Shown: positions 48,847 to 58,616 of the stretch, one piece after another
Position numbering within the stretch: position 1 is the stretch's first letter
Layout: each line of letters opens with the position of its first letter
DNA from: Terriglobia bacterium
Lineage (GTDB): Bacteria > Acidobacteriota > Terriglobia > 20CM-2-55-15
Assembly: GCA_965262425.1 (NCBI GenBank)
Contig: OZ253536.1
Location: 4,688,115 to 4,752,114 of the forward strand
Direction of reading: 5' to 3'
Length of the DNA stretch: 64,000 bases
Notes under the pieces: model-generated
What the model saw: the letters and a program-made list of their open reading frames with translations, nothing else
Told to the model about the DNA's origin: nothing
Databases searched by the model: none
Program-made: the position numbers and the translations under genes

Positions 48847-50187
48847 TCAGGGCTCCAGGATTTGCGGCGCGTCTCGAGCGTCGTCTTGTTCCTGGCTCAA
48901 GCTTCCCGCCGGGACCACTTTGGCCCTCTCTTGAAGCATGTTGAGCACTTTTTTGTTTTGAATCTGTCCTTTGATCCGATCCAGGCCGTCGTTTCGGCCG
49001 AGGACCTCACGGACATTTTCCTTGGGGCGATTCATTTCCGCGGCGATGACATCGATTTCCTTCTCGATGTCCTCATCCTCAACCCGAATATCTTCAACCT
49101 TGGCCAGGTGTTCGAGAATCAATGAACCCCGAACATCCCGGACAGCCTCCGCATATTGATCAGCCCGGATCTTTCCCCAGTCCACATCCAATCGTTGGGG
49201 GTTGACGCCCTGCTCGGTCAGGTTCCGCATGAGCCGCTGCAACCGAATCTGGACCTGGTGTTCGATGAGTGAATCGGGGACCTCGAACTCGTTGTTGTCC
49301 TGCAGCCAGCCGAGGAGTGCGTTGTGGGTTTCTTCCGAGGCGTTCCGGCGCTTATGGGCTTCCAGGTTCTCGCGAATGCTCTGCTTGAAGCCGTCCACCG
49401 TCTCATAGTCTCCCAGACTCTGGGCGAACTCGTCGTCGAGCTTCGGGCTGACCTTTTCCTTGATGGATTCCACCTTCACCGTATAGACGACGTGCTTCCC
49501 GGCCAGGTTCTTGTCCGGATGATCTTCCTTGTAGGTCACAGGGAAAGCCTTCTCCTCGCCGGCACGTGTGCCGGTAAGGTTGTCTGTGAACTCCTTGAGC
49601 GTCGTCGCTCCACCGATTTCACACAGCACCTTTTCCGCCGACAGGTCCGTCTCTTCATCTCCCTCGACCGAACCATTGAAGGTGATTTCCACGAAATCCC
49701 CTTCACCAACCTCACGATCTTCGTCCACAGGAGTCATCTCGGAGTGTTCTTCGATGATTCGCGCGAGCGCGGCGTCAATGTCTGAATCCACAACTTCGGT
49801 CGCGATCTCCTCGACTGGGATCTCGGAATGGTTCGTAATGTCCAGGCGTGGGTAGACTTCGAATACCGCTTTGAAGCGCAGCGCTTGCCCTGTCGAATAC
49901 TCCACGCCTTCAAAGCCCGGCGTATGCACGACGTCCAGGTTCTGATCCTTCGCGGCCTCTGAGAAGTACTTTGGCAGGAGTTTCTGTAACACCTCGGACC
50001 GGATCTCGTCGCGGTATCGATTCTTTACGACCGCAATCGGTGCCTTGCCCGGCCGGAATCCCGGCACCTTGGCCTGGCGCTTGAACTCCCGCGCAATGGA
50101 TGTCACTTCGCCGTCCACGACGTCCTGTGCGATCTCGATATCGAGGCGCTTCTTTACCGCGGTTATGTCAGTCAGTTCTGCTTTCAT
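48847..50187 (-). CDS. tig: Trigger factor
   Basis: 446 aa with an N-terminal ribosome-binding domain (FRPGKAPI), an FKBP-type PPIase middle domain, and a C-terminal arm. Confidence 0.9.
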   Translation of the reverse strand: MKAELTDITAVKKRLDIEIAQDVVDGEVTSIAREFKRQAKVPGFRPGKAPIAVVKNRYRDEIRSEVLQKLLPKYFSEAAKDQNLDVVHTPGFEGVEYSTGQALRFKAVFEVYPRLDITNHSEIPVEEIATEVVDSDIDAALARIIEEHSEMTPVDEDREVGEGDFVEITFNGSVEGDEETDLSAEKVLCEIGGATTLKEFTDNLTGTRAGEEKAFPVTYKEDHPDKNLAGKHVVYTVKVESIKEKVSPKLDDEFAQSLGDYETVDGFKQSIRENLEAHKRRNASEETHNALLGWLQDNNEFEVPDSLIEHQVQIRLQRLMRNLTEQGVNPQRLDVDWGKIRADQYAEAVRDVRGSLILEHLAKVEDIRVEDEDIEKEIDVIAAEMNRPKENVREVLGRNDGLDRIKGQIQNKKVLNMLQERAKVVPAGSLSQEQDDARDAPQILEP

Positions 50188-50202
50188 TGGCTAAAAACCG
50201 TG

Positions 50203-50368
50203 CTAGGAGCCTGCGCGGCAGAAGAGATCTACTGCGAAAGCGGTATAATCGGTCCAGATTTCCCCGATTTTTCGTTAAATAGAACCACTATTCGCCTCAA
50301 AATCGAGAAAATCTGTCCTCGATTCTCCACTTTCTCGCTACGATCCCTTCTGCCGCGCAGGCTCCTAG
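50203..50368 (-). mobile_element. MITE-like repeat family 1, copy D (inverted relative to copies A-C)
   Basis: Both termini are the perfect TIR (ctaggagcctgcgcggcagaag ... cttctgccgcgcaggctcctag). Its internal sequence is the reverse complement of copies A-C. Confidence 0.7.
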
Positions 50369-50455
50369 CCGATCCTCATTTTCTTAAAGTTGGCTGTTCC
50401 AGGAGAAAATTTTGACTGAGGCATGGTGTTCATGACCGCCCAGCCGGCTTCGTAA

Positions 50456-50537
50456 TGCGAAAGGAGGGACTCGAACCCTCATGGGTTGCCCCACTGGATC
50501 CTAAGTCCAGCGCGTCTGCCAATTCCGCCACTTTCGC
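50456..50537 (-). tRNA. tRNA-Leu (anticodon UAG), type II with a long variable arm, no encoded CCA
   Basis: Minus-strand read GCGAAAGTGGCGGAATTGGCAGACGCG CTGGA-CTTAGGA-TCCAG TGGGGCAACCCATGA GGGTTCGAGTCCC...CTTTCGCA. The acceptor stem is 7 bp, the anticodon loop is C-U-UAG-G-A, and it has the T-loop GTTCGAGTC. Confidence 0.8.
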
Positions 50538-50852
50538 GCACCTGTAAAGTCAATCACTTGCGGAATCCTACCACTTTCTCGTTTGCCGTCGATGTGGAAA
50601 TTTGTGGGACTCCGATCCGAACTCTGGCAGTTTCTCGACGGACTGCCGTTTCTAATCCATCGACGGGTGAGTATACCGCATCGTCGTCTTGGGGGTTTCG
50701 GTCCCATAACGTCCGAGTGGAGCAGGCGTTCGTGGAGAAGCAGATTCTCCTGATTCGGGGACGGAGGCATAATTATCCCAACTGTTCCTGACATATAAAG
50801 GTTGCGGGAGTTGTCCCTCCGTCCCCGAATTAGGAGCCCGATCTTTGCCCTC

Positions 50853-51527
50853 TCAGACGTTCTTCGCTTTGATCAGACGCAGCGGGAAGGCCGCCGGAGA
50901 GGCGGCTGAGAAGAACTTGTAGTTCTGGACCGACACGATTGTGAAGCCGGCGTTCCGAACGGACTCGACCGCCCGGCGGTTCCAGTTACATCCGACTTTG
51001 TTGACACGCAACCACAAGGGGTTGAGCAGATCCATCAGAAGCCCGTCCGGCCATCGCTCGCCCCGCACATGCTCGAGGAGCCGCAGGTCGGCGTCGGGTT
51101 TCAGGACGCGCCTGAACTCCGCCAGTGCTTTCTGAACGGATTGAACGCTGCACAGCACTGTCGAAGCCACGACCGCATCGATGCTGGCATCGTCGAACGG
51201 TAAGGATTCCGCAACGCCGGCAAGAACTTGGATCGTTGCACTCCGCGCCCTCGCCTCTTGTTGGGCCGCAGCCCGAAAGGCGTCATCCGGTTCGATCGCC
51301 GAGACGCTCACCTCGTCGCCGTAGTACGGGAACATTGCCCCGGTCCCGGCTCCGATTTCCACGACGTCACCGATGAGCCCTTCGACCAGGAGTGCCCGGA
51401 CAGGGGCGAACCCGTCCTTGTCGAGTTCCCGGACGAGCCACTTGTGGAACGGGACGGGTCCCATCGTCGCCTGCCTCCGGCCGACGCCGGGACCGTGACG
51501 GAGGAAAAATACGACTTCCTTGATCAT
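50853..51527 (-). CDS. Class I SAM-dependent methyltransferase
   Basis: Motif I VVEIGAGTGAMF and a post-I acidic residue, with an overall size of about 220 aa. The start is uncertain (ATG at 51527 or 51464). Confidence 0.65.
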   Translation of the reverse strand: MIKEVVFFLRHGPGVGRRQATMGPVPFHKWLVRELDKDGFAPVRALLVEGLIGDVVEIGAGTGAMFPYYGDEVSVSAIEPDDAFRAAAQQEARARSATIQVLAGVAESLPFDDASIDAVVASTVLCSVQSVQKALAEFRRVLKPDADLRLLEHVRGERWPDGLLMDLLNPLWLRVNKVGCNWNRRAVESVRNAGFTIVSVQNYKFFSAASPAAFPLRLIKAKNV

Positions 51528-51549
51528 GAACTGGTGAGACGGGCGGACC

Positions 51550-54194
51550 CTAAAAATCGAACCGAACAGACAGATTGATGTGCCGGGCGTTTCGGGCCCT
51601 TGTGGCTTGACCAAAGAAAGGGGAGGTCATGACACCGCTAAAGCTCTGGATGTTGACCTTGTTCAGTAGATTGTTGGCGTTGGCCGTAATCGTCATGCGA
51701 ATCCCGCGGCGGGCACCGTAATAGCCGCCACTAGAGGCTGGGCCGCTCTGCGCCCCGGCACTACGAGCCGAACGAAGCTGTATGGATTTCGACAGATTGA
51801 GGCCGACCTCAAAGAAGCCCGGGCCTGTCAGCGAATTTCGCGGAACTCCCGCGGGCCGGTCATTGGTGTTCGTGTCGTCGTTGTCGTCTGTTCCAGTCCT
51901 CAGGCTATAGGGCCGGCCGGTGTTCCAGTTGAATCGCGTGTTCGCGTTGATGTTCCAGGGAAGCCGGAAGTTCGCCGATGCGTTGAGCCGATGCGTTCCG
52001 CTGACCCGAGCCCACTCCGATGCGAGGTCGTAGTTGTCGGCCGGCCGACCAAACGCCCCTGTCGCATCCGAGTAGTTGGAGTCAAGGTTGTAGCTTCCGT
52101 TGATGTTGACGAAGCTGAACCGCTGCCGGAATCCGATCCTCAGGTTGTGGCTGCGAGACGTCCCTGTCGATTCCAGTTGATTGATATTGCCACGCTCGGG
52201 TTGGGGGCGGACACACCGTGCCAACCGTTCCTCGTCTGTTTCGTCAGCGGTTCTTGCCGGGCAGGAACGAACGACACGCTTGAATCGAAGGGTGCGTTCA
52301 GGTTTCTGCCGCGGAACATGTGGACGCCCCGGATGAATTTGTAGGCCCCCGTCAAAACAAGACCCTCTCCGAGAGTCGTTTCGACAGACACCTCGGAGTT
52401 CCACGTGTACGGCGCCGTCAGGTCCTCGGCTCGCGAGTTGACATTCGTAGGCACGCTGACGGTCGCTTCCCCGTCCTCACTCGCGAATGGATCCGGAAAA
52501 GACGGGTTCCGGATTGTCAGAGACTGCTGATGCTTCCCGTCGAATCGAATCAAGTTTCCGACGACCCCCGTATTGAGGCGTTGATGGAAAATGCCGCTCC
52601 CGCCTCGGATGACCGTTGATCCGCCCAGCGAGTATGCAAAACCCACCCGGGGGTCGAAGTTGTTGCGGTCACCGAGGTTTGTCTGGGACTCGTATCGGAC
52701 ACCGATCCCAAGAGCCAGCCGGTTCGTGACCCTGAAATCACTTTGAACGAACAGCGCGGATTCGAACTGGCTGACGTCAAGGACCGGGTCTCCCTGGTTG
52801 ACCGAGTAGAGGATGGGCTTGCCGGCAATAAAATCGTCGAGACTCGAGAACGTGAAAGTTCCGTTGAAATTCTGTCGCTGCAGGGACTCGTTCGCCCTGT
52901 ATTCCCCATCGAACCCCACCTTCAGGGACAGGTTCCTTCCCGTGTACATCGCCAGATCGCCGAACGAGTAGTTGCGGTTCCGGTTCTCGCCGCTGTTACT
53001 CGACCCACCGCCCCGGAATGCATCGATGACGTTGATGGTGGTCCCGATGTTGCCGGGAATCGATTCGTTGAAGTTTCCGTTGATCTGAAAACGCGCTTCG
53101 TTGTTGAGAACACCCGACAGGATAGATGTTTCCTTGATCTGAAAATTGAAATTCTTTCCGGTGTTACTCGAAGCCTGTTCAGGCAGTCCGAAACCTCCAA
53201 CCCCAAGGTTGTTGAAGCTGTTCGTACCGTAGGTCAAACTAAAGTTCAGCTGGTGATCGTCGTTGATCTGTGCTGTTGTGCGTGTGGTGAATCCACGGTT
53301 GATGAACGGCCGGGTGAAAGAGTCCGAAACAAGGCCCGTCGGCGTGATCGCTCGAATCGTCTCACCCTGTTCGTTATTGTTGTGGAAGAAACTGAACGTT
53401 GCCGTCACCCGGTTCGGAATCAAGGTGCCGCCCACGTTGGCGCGGAAATTTCGCTGTTGGTAGGGCGGACGGGTTGCCGCGAACGTGTTGCGTGCATCGA
53501 GCGACTCGTCCGCAAAGTTTAAACGGACATCGCCGTTGAACGGGGCGGTACCTCCACGGGTGATGATCTGGGTCTGACCCCGGCCCTGCCGGCTCTCCTC
53601 GGCTGTGAACGAGTTCTCGTTGATTCGGATTTCCTGGATTTCTTCGCGTTTCGGCATCCGGCCTCCGCGGAACCCGTCGATGCTCAAGCCTCCGCCCCCG
53701 CCCGGGCTCCGCAAGTCTCCCAGATACTCCCGCAACTCGGCTTCGTCCTCCGGCAGGTCCGAATTCACACCCGCCCCGATCGTGTCGGTCAGCGCATTTC
53801 TCTGTGCGGGGTTCAGAAACTTGACAGCCGCCAGTAACAACTGTTCCTCGAGCGCCATTATGGCGGTGGCGATGGATCGGTCGCCCGTCTCGACGCTTTC
53901 GGCGAGGCGACGCCGTTCGCGATCGTGGGCTTCATAAACCGACTGGACCTGTGTTTCCTGGTCGAAGGTCAGGGGTGGTACACCGGCCTCTTCGAGCAGG
54001 GAGCGCAAACCCGGAACGCCTTCTTCGAGCAACATGCGCCCGGCCTCGGATTTGGCTTCGTCTTCGGCGACACTTCCCGGGGTCTGAAGTCCGGGGACAC
54101 CGGCCTGGATGGTCGGCGGCTGGGCGCCTTGCTGGGCGACCGCCAGCCCTGGGACTACCAGCAGCAGCGTGAATGTCGAAATCCAACGGGTCAT
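51550..54194 (-). pseudogene. TonB-dependent-receptor-like / carboxypeptidase-regulatory-like outer-membrane beta-barrel protein (about 880 aa), interrupted by a frameshift in the 52140-52404 overlap (G5 run at about 52203-52207)
   Basis: Signal peptide MTRWISTFTLLLVVPGLAVAQQ, N/S/T/G/Y-rich beta-strand composition, and a C-terminal ...NLSVRFDF (aromatic terminal residue). Two ORF-track ORFs (52140..54296 and 51550..52404) cover it in different frames. Confidence 0.6.
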
Positions 54195-54647
54195 CGATCC
54201 TATCCCTGCGTGAATGTGAGGTGCTCCGTTCGGCACCAGCGGCCACGGGCTCATGCCATCGGCGACTTTACAGAATACAGGAAACGTGGCGACCACAAAA
54301 CCGGGTGGTTTGCTCGTCCATTTTCGGCCAAATATAATCGTACTGCCCGTTAGACTGGCAGGTTACAAGAAGGTCGTGAACTTCGGAGGGAATCCTGAAT
54401 TCCGCTAAGGCTCGAGGCTCCAATGCCGATAGATTCCTCCTGCTTCGGACGAAGCAATTTGATGCCCATTGGGCAATCAACTCCTCGAACCGGCCAACAT
54501 CGCCATACCGATCACGATGAAACCAATTCCAGCGACAGCCTTCAACGTTGCCGGCGAAACGAACCGGGACATCTGAGGAAATCAGTTAAGAAATGCTGCA
54601 TCTTTCCATTTTAGCGGAACCGCCTGCCAACCCTGCCATTCAGCCCA

Positions 54648-54923
54648 CTAGGAGCCAGCCCCGCGAGCCTTATTGGGCTGTGGGTTCGCTTTATTCACCT
54701 GTAAAGCCCGGCCACCCATGTCCTGAAGGTGCAGTGAGTCGATTGCCTCGCCTATTTGCGATTCGTCGTGGAGCTGGGCGAATCCGAACCCCCGGGAGCG
54801 GCCCGTGTCACGATAAGTCAGGATGTGGACCGATTCCAGGGGGAATCCACGAGATTCAATCCACTCGCTCAGTTCTTCGTCGGACACTGTGTAGGGGACG
54901 TTCCCAATGAACAGTTTAGGCAT
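54648..54923 (-). CDS. RNA-binding protein (single RRM domain, 91 aa)
   Basis: RNP2 LFIGNVPY and RNP1 RGFGFAQL. ATG at 54923 with an AAGGAG SD. Confidence 0.75.
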   Translation of the reverse strand: MPKLFIGNVPYTVSDEELSEWIESRGFPLESVHILTYRDTGRSRGFGFAQLHDESQIGEAIDSLHLQDMGGRALQVNKANPQPNKARGAGS

Positions 54924-55068
54924 GATCTCCTTTCTTCGTGGCGGTTTTCGACGCCGGATTCGGGACAAACCGGTGCGCAAGCCGCCGGACTTGAACGACG
55001 CGTCACTTAAGAAGACGCAAAAGGGAGGTCCAGCCGTGCAACGTTCCCCGGATTTTGTTTCGGAACGA

Positions 55069-55650
55069 CTATTGCGAGGCTAGCGCCGCCTCGATCGCAC
55101 GCACCATCTCGCGGGATTCGGGCTCCACCGGGGATCCGAATCGATTCAGGATCTCACCATCGCGTCCGATCAGGAACTTTTCAAAATTCCATTCCACTTC
55201 ACCGGGCGCATTCCGGTACGACGTCAGGAGTTCATACAGCGGCACCTTGTTCCGTCCGCTGACCACGATTTTAGAGAACATGTCGAAGCGGACACCGTAG
55301 TTCCTCTCGCAAAATTCCTGGATCTCGCCGGCCGAACCGGGTTCCTGTCGGCCAAAATCGTTCGAGGGGAAGCCCAGAATGGCGAGGCCCTCGGCTGCAT
55401 ACCGGTTGTGGAGGTTCTGAAGGCCCTCGTACTGATAGGTGTAGCCGCATTCACTGGCAACGTTGACGATCAGGACCGCCTTCCCCAGATACTGGTTCAG
55501 GTCGACGCTGTCACCGGCCAGGCTCTTCATCGTAAATTCGAGAACACCGGGCATCGCAGGCGAGGTCTCCTCAGGGTTCGTGGTCGCAGCCGCGACGAAA
55601 GCCAGCGATAGCGCCAGAACTGCAACGATGGACGTCGGAATCATTTTCAT
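55069..55650 (-). CDS. Glutathione peroxidase (Cys-type), secreted
   Basis: VNVASECGYT active-site context with Cys and no in-frame TGA, a WNFEKFL motif, and an N-terminal signal peptide. Confidence 0.85.
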   Translation of the reverse strand: MKMIPTSIVAVLALSLAFVAAATTNPEETSPAMPGVLEFTMKSLAGDSVDLNQYLGKAVLIVNVASECGYTYQYEGLQNLHNRYAAEGLAILGFPSNDFGRQEPGSAGEIQEFCERNYGVRFDMFSKIVVSGRNKVPLYELLTSYRNAPGEVEWNFEKFLIGRDGEILNRFGSPVEPESREMVRAIEAALASQ

Positions 55651-55711
55651 CGGTCTTGTCTCCCCTGCATGGATCTATTATTTAAGAGTTTCGGTCCTGG
55701 CATGGCCGATA

Positions 55712-57409
55712 TCAAGTCATTTCTTTAGTGTAAAACGAAGACTCATACAATGTCGCCTCGTCGTCGTCTTCGAGCAGAAGCCGGCGAATCAGCTTGATCG
55801 GGATACCGCCCTGACGCACGAAGTCGTCGTGGAACTTCGACAGTGAGTAGGCGTTCCCTCTGGATTTCCGGTAGTCGTGACGCAGCTTGTATAGCTGCAG
55901 CTTTCCAAGCGTGTAGATCAGGTATGTGGCATCGTACGCCCCGCGGCGAGCTTCTTCGTATGCATTGGCCGGTTCCTGGAAGCCCTTTTCGATGAAAAAC
56001 CGTGCGCCTTCTTCGACGGTCATCCCCTCGGTGTGCATCTTGATTCCGACCACGTACCGGCAGTCGCGAAGCAGTGCCTCCTGAAGTTGCGCGAGGCGAA
56101 TCCTTTCGTCGCCTTCGCGATAGCCTTCCTCGACCATCATCTGTTCGGCGTAATGCGCCCAGCCCTCGACGTTGGAGCCGCACCAGATCAGTTTTCGCGT
56201 CTTGGTTGGAAACTGATCGGCGTAGAGGAACTGGATGTAGTGACCGGGGTACGCTTCGTGGATGGTGATCACATCCATGACGGTAGGATTGAACATCCGC
56301 AGGTGTTGCTGTTTGTGCTCCTCATCCCAGTCGTGCTCGGGTGGCGTCACGTAGTAGTAGGCCTCACGCGCCTTCCGCTCATAGGCACCCGGCGTGTCCA
56401 TCGCGGCAAAGGCGCCGAAACGGAAGTATGGAGGTGTCTCCACAATATTGGGTCCGACGTCCGATGGAATGTTCACGATGTGTCTTTCTTTCAAGAAATC
56501 CACGATTCCCCGGATCGTTTTCCTTGCGCTGGGCAGCAGGCTTTCTTCTGTCGGATGATCCTCCGAGAGCAACCCCATCACTTCCGCCGGAGACCGGTCC
56601 GGGTCGAGTCGTCGTGCGGTTTCGACGAAGTCGTGATAGTCGCGAGCCAGGTTTGCCTCTCCAATCGCGAGGATTTCCTCGAGCGGTTCTTCGACCATCT
56701 CCTCGTGACGCAGCTTGGCCCTGAAAGCGTCTCGCCCGATTGCATAGTTTCCCTTTGAGCGGGGCAGTAGATCGTCTTCGAGCCAGGAAGCCGCCTCGCA
56801 GACGGCGTCGGACGCGATCTGGTGAACCCTTCGGAACTGATCCAGCAGCTTCAGGTCGTCTCCGGCCGCGGCCTGGGCCCACTCCCCGATCGTGTCCCGG
56901 AAAAACTGAATCGAGCCCGAGGTGATGCGGATCGCCAGGTCCGTGAATTCCCGCGGAGGGTTCCTGACGTTTTCCTTCAAGGCTTCCAGTATCGGCCCGA
57001 CGCCTTCCAGGCGCGAGGCGACCGAGCGCAATCTCTCCGGAGCAGGCGCAAAATCACGTTTTATCAGGCCGTCGATGGATTCGCCCAGAAGCCAGACGTA
57101 GTTGATGGGATTCTTCGTCCAGGTCTCGAGGATGTCCAGGTCCAGGAGTTCCGCGCTTATCCGGCTACCGAGGATTTGGGCATCGATTCTATCGGCATCC
57201 GCCAGCGCTTTCGTGTCAAACGAGCCCAGCCTTTCCTGGAGGGTCTTCAGTCTGTCGATCCGTCTGCGATGTCCTCTGGCCGACCAATCCGGAAACCTGG
57301 AGTCGTAATCGTGAATTCCGGCCGCGGTCGCGTCCGCCGGACACCACTCGAATAGAGCGTCGAAATAGTCGTCGACGAAGGCACTGAATTCATCCTCTTC
57401 GTTCGCCAT
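55712..57409 (-). CDS. DUF885-family protein (putative zinc-dependent hydrolase)
   Basis: About 565 aa. The HEAYPGHYIQ motif and overall size are as in DUF885. ATG at 57409 (MANEEDEF...). Confidence 0.45.
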   Translation of the reverse strand: MANEEDEFSAFVDDYFDALFEWCPADATAAGIHDYDSRFPDWSARGHRRRIDRLKTLQERLGSFDTKALADADRIDAQILGSRISAELLDLDILETWTKNPINYVWLLGESIDGLIKRDFAPAPERLRSVASRLEGVGPILEALKENVRNPPREFTDLAIRITSGSIQFFRDTIGEWAQAAAGDDLKLLDQFRRVHQIASDAVCEAASWLEDDLLPRSKGNYAIGRDAFRAKLRHEEMVEEPLEEILAIGEANLARDYHDFVETARRLDPDRSPAEVMGLLSEDHPTEESLLPSARKTIRGIVDFLKERHIVNIPSDVGPNIVETPPYFRFGAFAAMDTPGAYERKAREAYYYVTPPEHDWDEEHKQQHLRMFNPTVMDVITIHEAYPGHYIQFLYADQFPTKTRKLIWCGSNVEGWAHYAEQMMVEEGYREGDERIRLAQLQEALLRDCRYVVGIKMHTEGMTVEEGARFFIEKGFQEPANAYEEARRGAYDATYLIYTLGKLQLYKLRHDYRKSRGNAYSLSKFHDDFVRQGGIPIKLIRRLLLEDDDEATLYESSFYTKEMT

Positions 57410-57464
57410 GAGCCGCCTATTATTGCACAGCCTCCCAGGCGTTGCCGCCAGGGTTTCCGGGTAA

Positions 57465-57633
57465 GGGCCCACTCAAGAATAACTTCACATTTTGGCATCC
57501 CATCTTCACGCCACCTTCGGCCGCTCCTCAATCGCAGATGCCGGGCTATTCCTCCGGTCTGCTCAATCGGTCGCAACCGAATCTGACCGAAATCTGGGCG
57601 CCAATTCTGTGAAGTTATTCTTGAGTGGACCCT
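57465..57633. mobile_element. MITE-like repeat family 2, copy 2 (about 169 bp)
   Basis: gggcccactcaagaataacttcacattttggc ... gccaattctgtgaagttattcttgagtggaccc. Its internal block is shared with the copy at 38994-39204. Confidence 0.65.
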
Positions 57634-57709
57634 AAGGACGGCACGGTGCGATCTCAGGATTGATATTTACAGAACCCGGAACTACAATCCCAGCCAGGAG
57701 CATCCCAAC

Positions 57710-58081
57710 ATGAAGACGGCACCGTCGAAAGTTCGGCGCGCACTCTATCAGTTGCGACGCGAAATGCTGGATTACCTCCATCGTGGCGAGGCCGACACCG
57801 ACTTCTGCGGCCAGTGCCACCTCCCCCATCCTTCCGGCGATTATGAATCCTACGAATTTTGTCCCTGGTGCTGTCAGTCCGTAAACGGATGGGAGCCGAG
57901 GTCGGACGAGTCACGCCGGATCATTGAGCACCACTGGGTGACAACCGACGAGATCCAGTGTGGGGAGTGTGGTGGGGAATACGAGCAACCATCACGATAT
58001 CCATTTCAGTTCTGCCCGCATTGCGGCGCACCGTTTGCGGACCAGGATGAATTGATGATTGAGCTGCCCTTCCTGATTTAA
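57710..58081 (+). CDS. Hypothetical cytoplasmic Cys-rich protein with two zinc-ribbon-like CxxC pairs
   Basis: CGQC...CPWCC and CGEC...CPHC. No signal peptide. It is flanked by repeat family 2 (5') and palindromic family 3 (3'). Confidence 0.4.
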   Translation: MKTAPSKVRRALYQLRREMLDYLHRGEADTDFCGQCHLPHPSGDYESYEFCPWCCQSVNGWEPRSDESRRIIEHHWVTTDEIQCGECGGEYEQPSRYPFQFCPHCGAPFADQDELMIELPFLI

Positions 58082-58104
58082 CAAGTTCCCGGCTTGAAAC
58101 ATTC

Positions 58105-58191
58105 TCTTCAACACGAAGACACGAAGAACACGAAGAAGCAAAAAATAGAAACTTCGCGTGTTTTCGTGACCTTCGTGCCTTCGTGTTGAAA
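58105..58191. repeat. Palindromic extragenic element, family CGAAGGCACGAAG (copy 3)
   Basis: tcttcaacacgaagacacgaagaacacgaagaag ... cttcgcgtgttttcgtgaccttcgtgccttcgtgttgaaa. Confidence 0.6.
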
Positions 58192-58218
58192 TTTCGGCTG
58201 TTGGGTCCGCTACGGCTG

Positions 58219-58600
58219 CTATTCGTGCCGCAGCGCAATCATCGGGTCCACCCGCGCGGCTCTCCGTGCGGGAACGTAGCAGGCCAGCAGAGCCGAGGTG
58301 ACCAGCAGGGCGGTTGTTGCCGCAAGCACGTTCGGATCCAGCGCGGATGTCCCGTAGAGAAGAGAACCGACGAGGCGTCCCAGCGCGACCGAAGCTGCCA
58401 GCCCCAGGCCGATTCCCATCCCGGTCAGTGTGACTCCTTCTCCCACGACCATCTTCAGGATGTCACGCCTTGCGGCGCCTAACGCCATGTGGATTCCGAT
58501 TTCCCGCTGGCGCTGGCCGACGAAGAACGAAATCACACCGTAGATGCCCATCATTGCCAGGAGCAGGGCTGCAATACCCAGGCCTCCGAACGCCGCCGCG
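58219..58600 (-). pseudogene. C-terminal fragment (about 125 aa, TM2-TM4 of the last FtsX module) of an FtsX/ADOP-type permease
   Basis: ...FGGLGIAALLLAMMGIYGVISFFVGQRQREIGIHMALGA...LLACYVPARRAARVDPMIALRHE*. Upstream of aa 123 the ORF-track reading is unrelated sequence antisense to nrfA. Confidence 0.6.
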
Positions 58601-58616
58601 GACGCCGACTGACGCG

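Noticed and set aside
54477-54572. A possible 31-aa hydrophobic micro-ORF (MSRFVSPATLKAVAGIGFIVIGMAMLAGSRS) upstream of the TBDR-like gene
   Set aside because: It has no SD and no conservation evidence, and it is too short to call from sequence alone. Noted only as a candidate.
57710-58081. A CxxCH motif (CGQCH) in the small Cys-rich protein as a possible c-type heme site
   Set aside because: There is no signal peptide or TM segment, so it is cytoplasmic. The Cys pairs are better explained as zinc-ribbon ligands.
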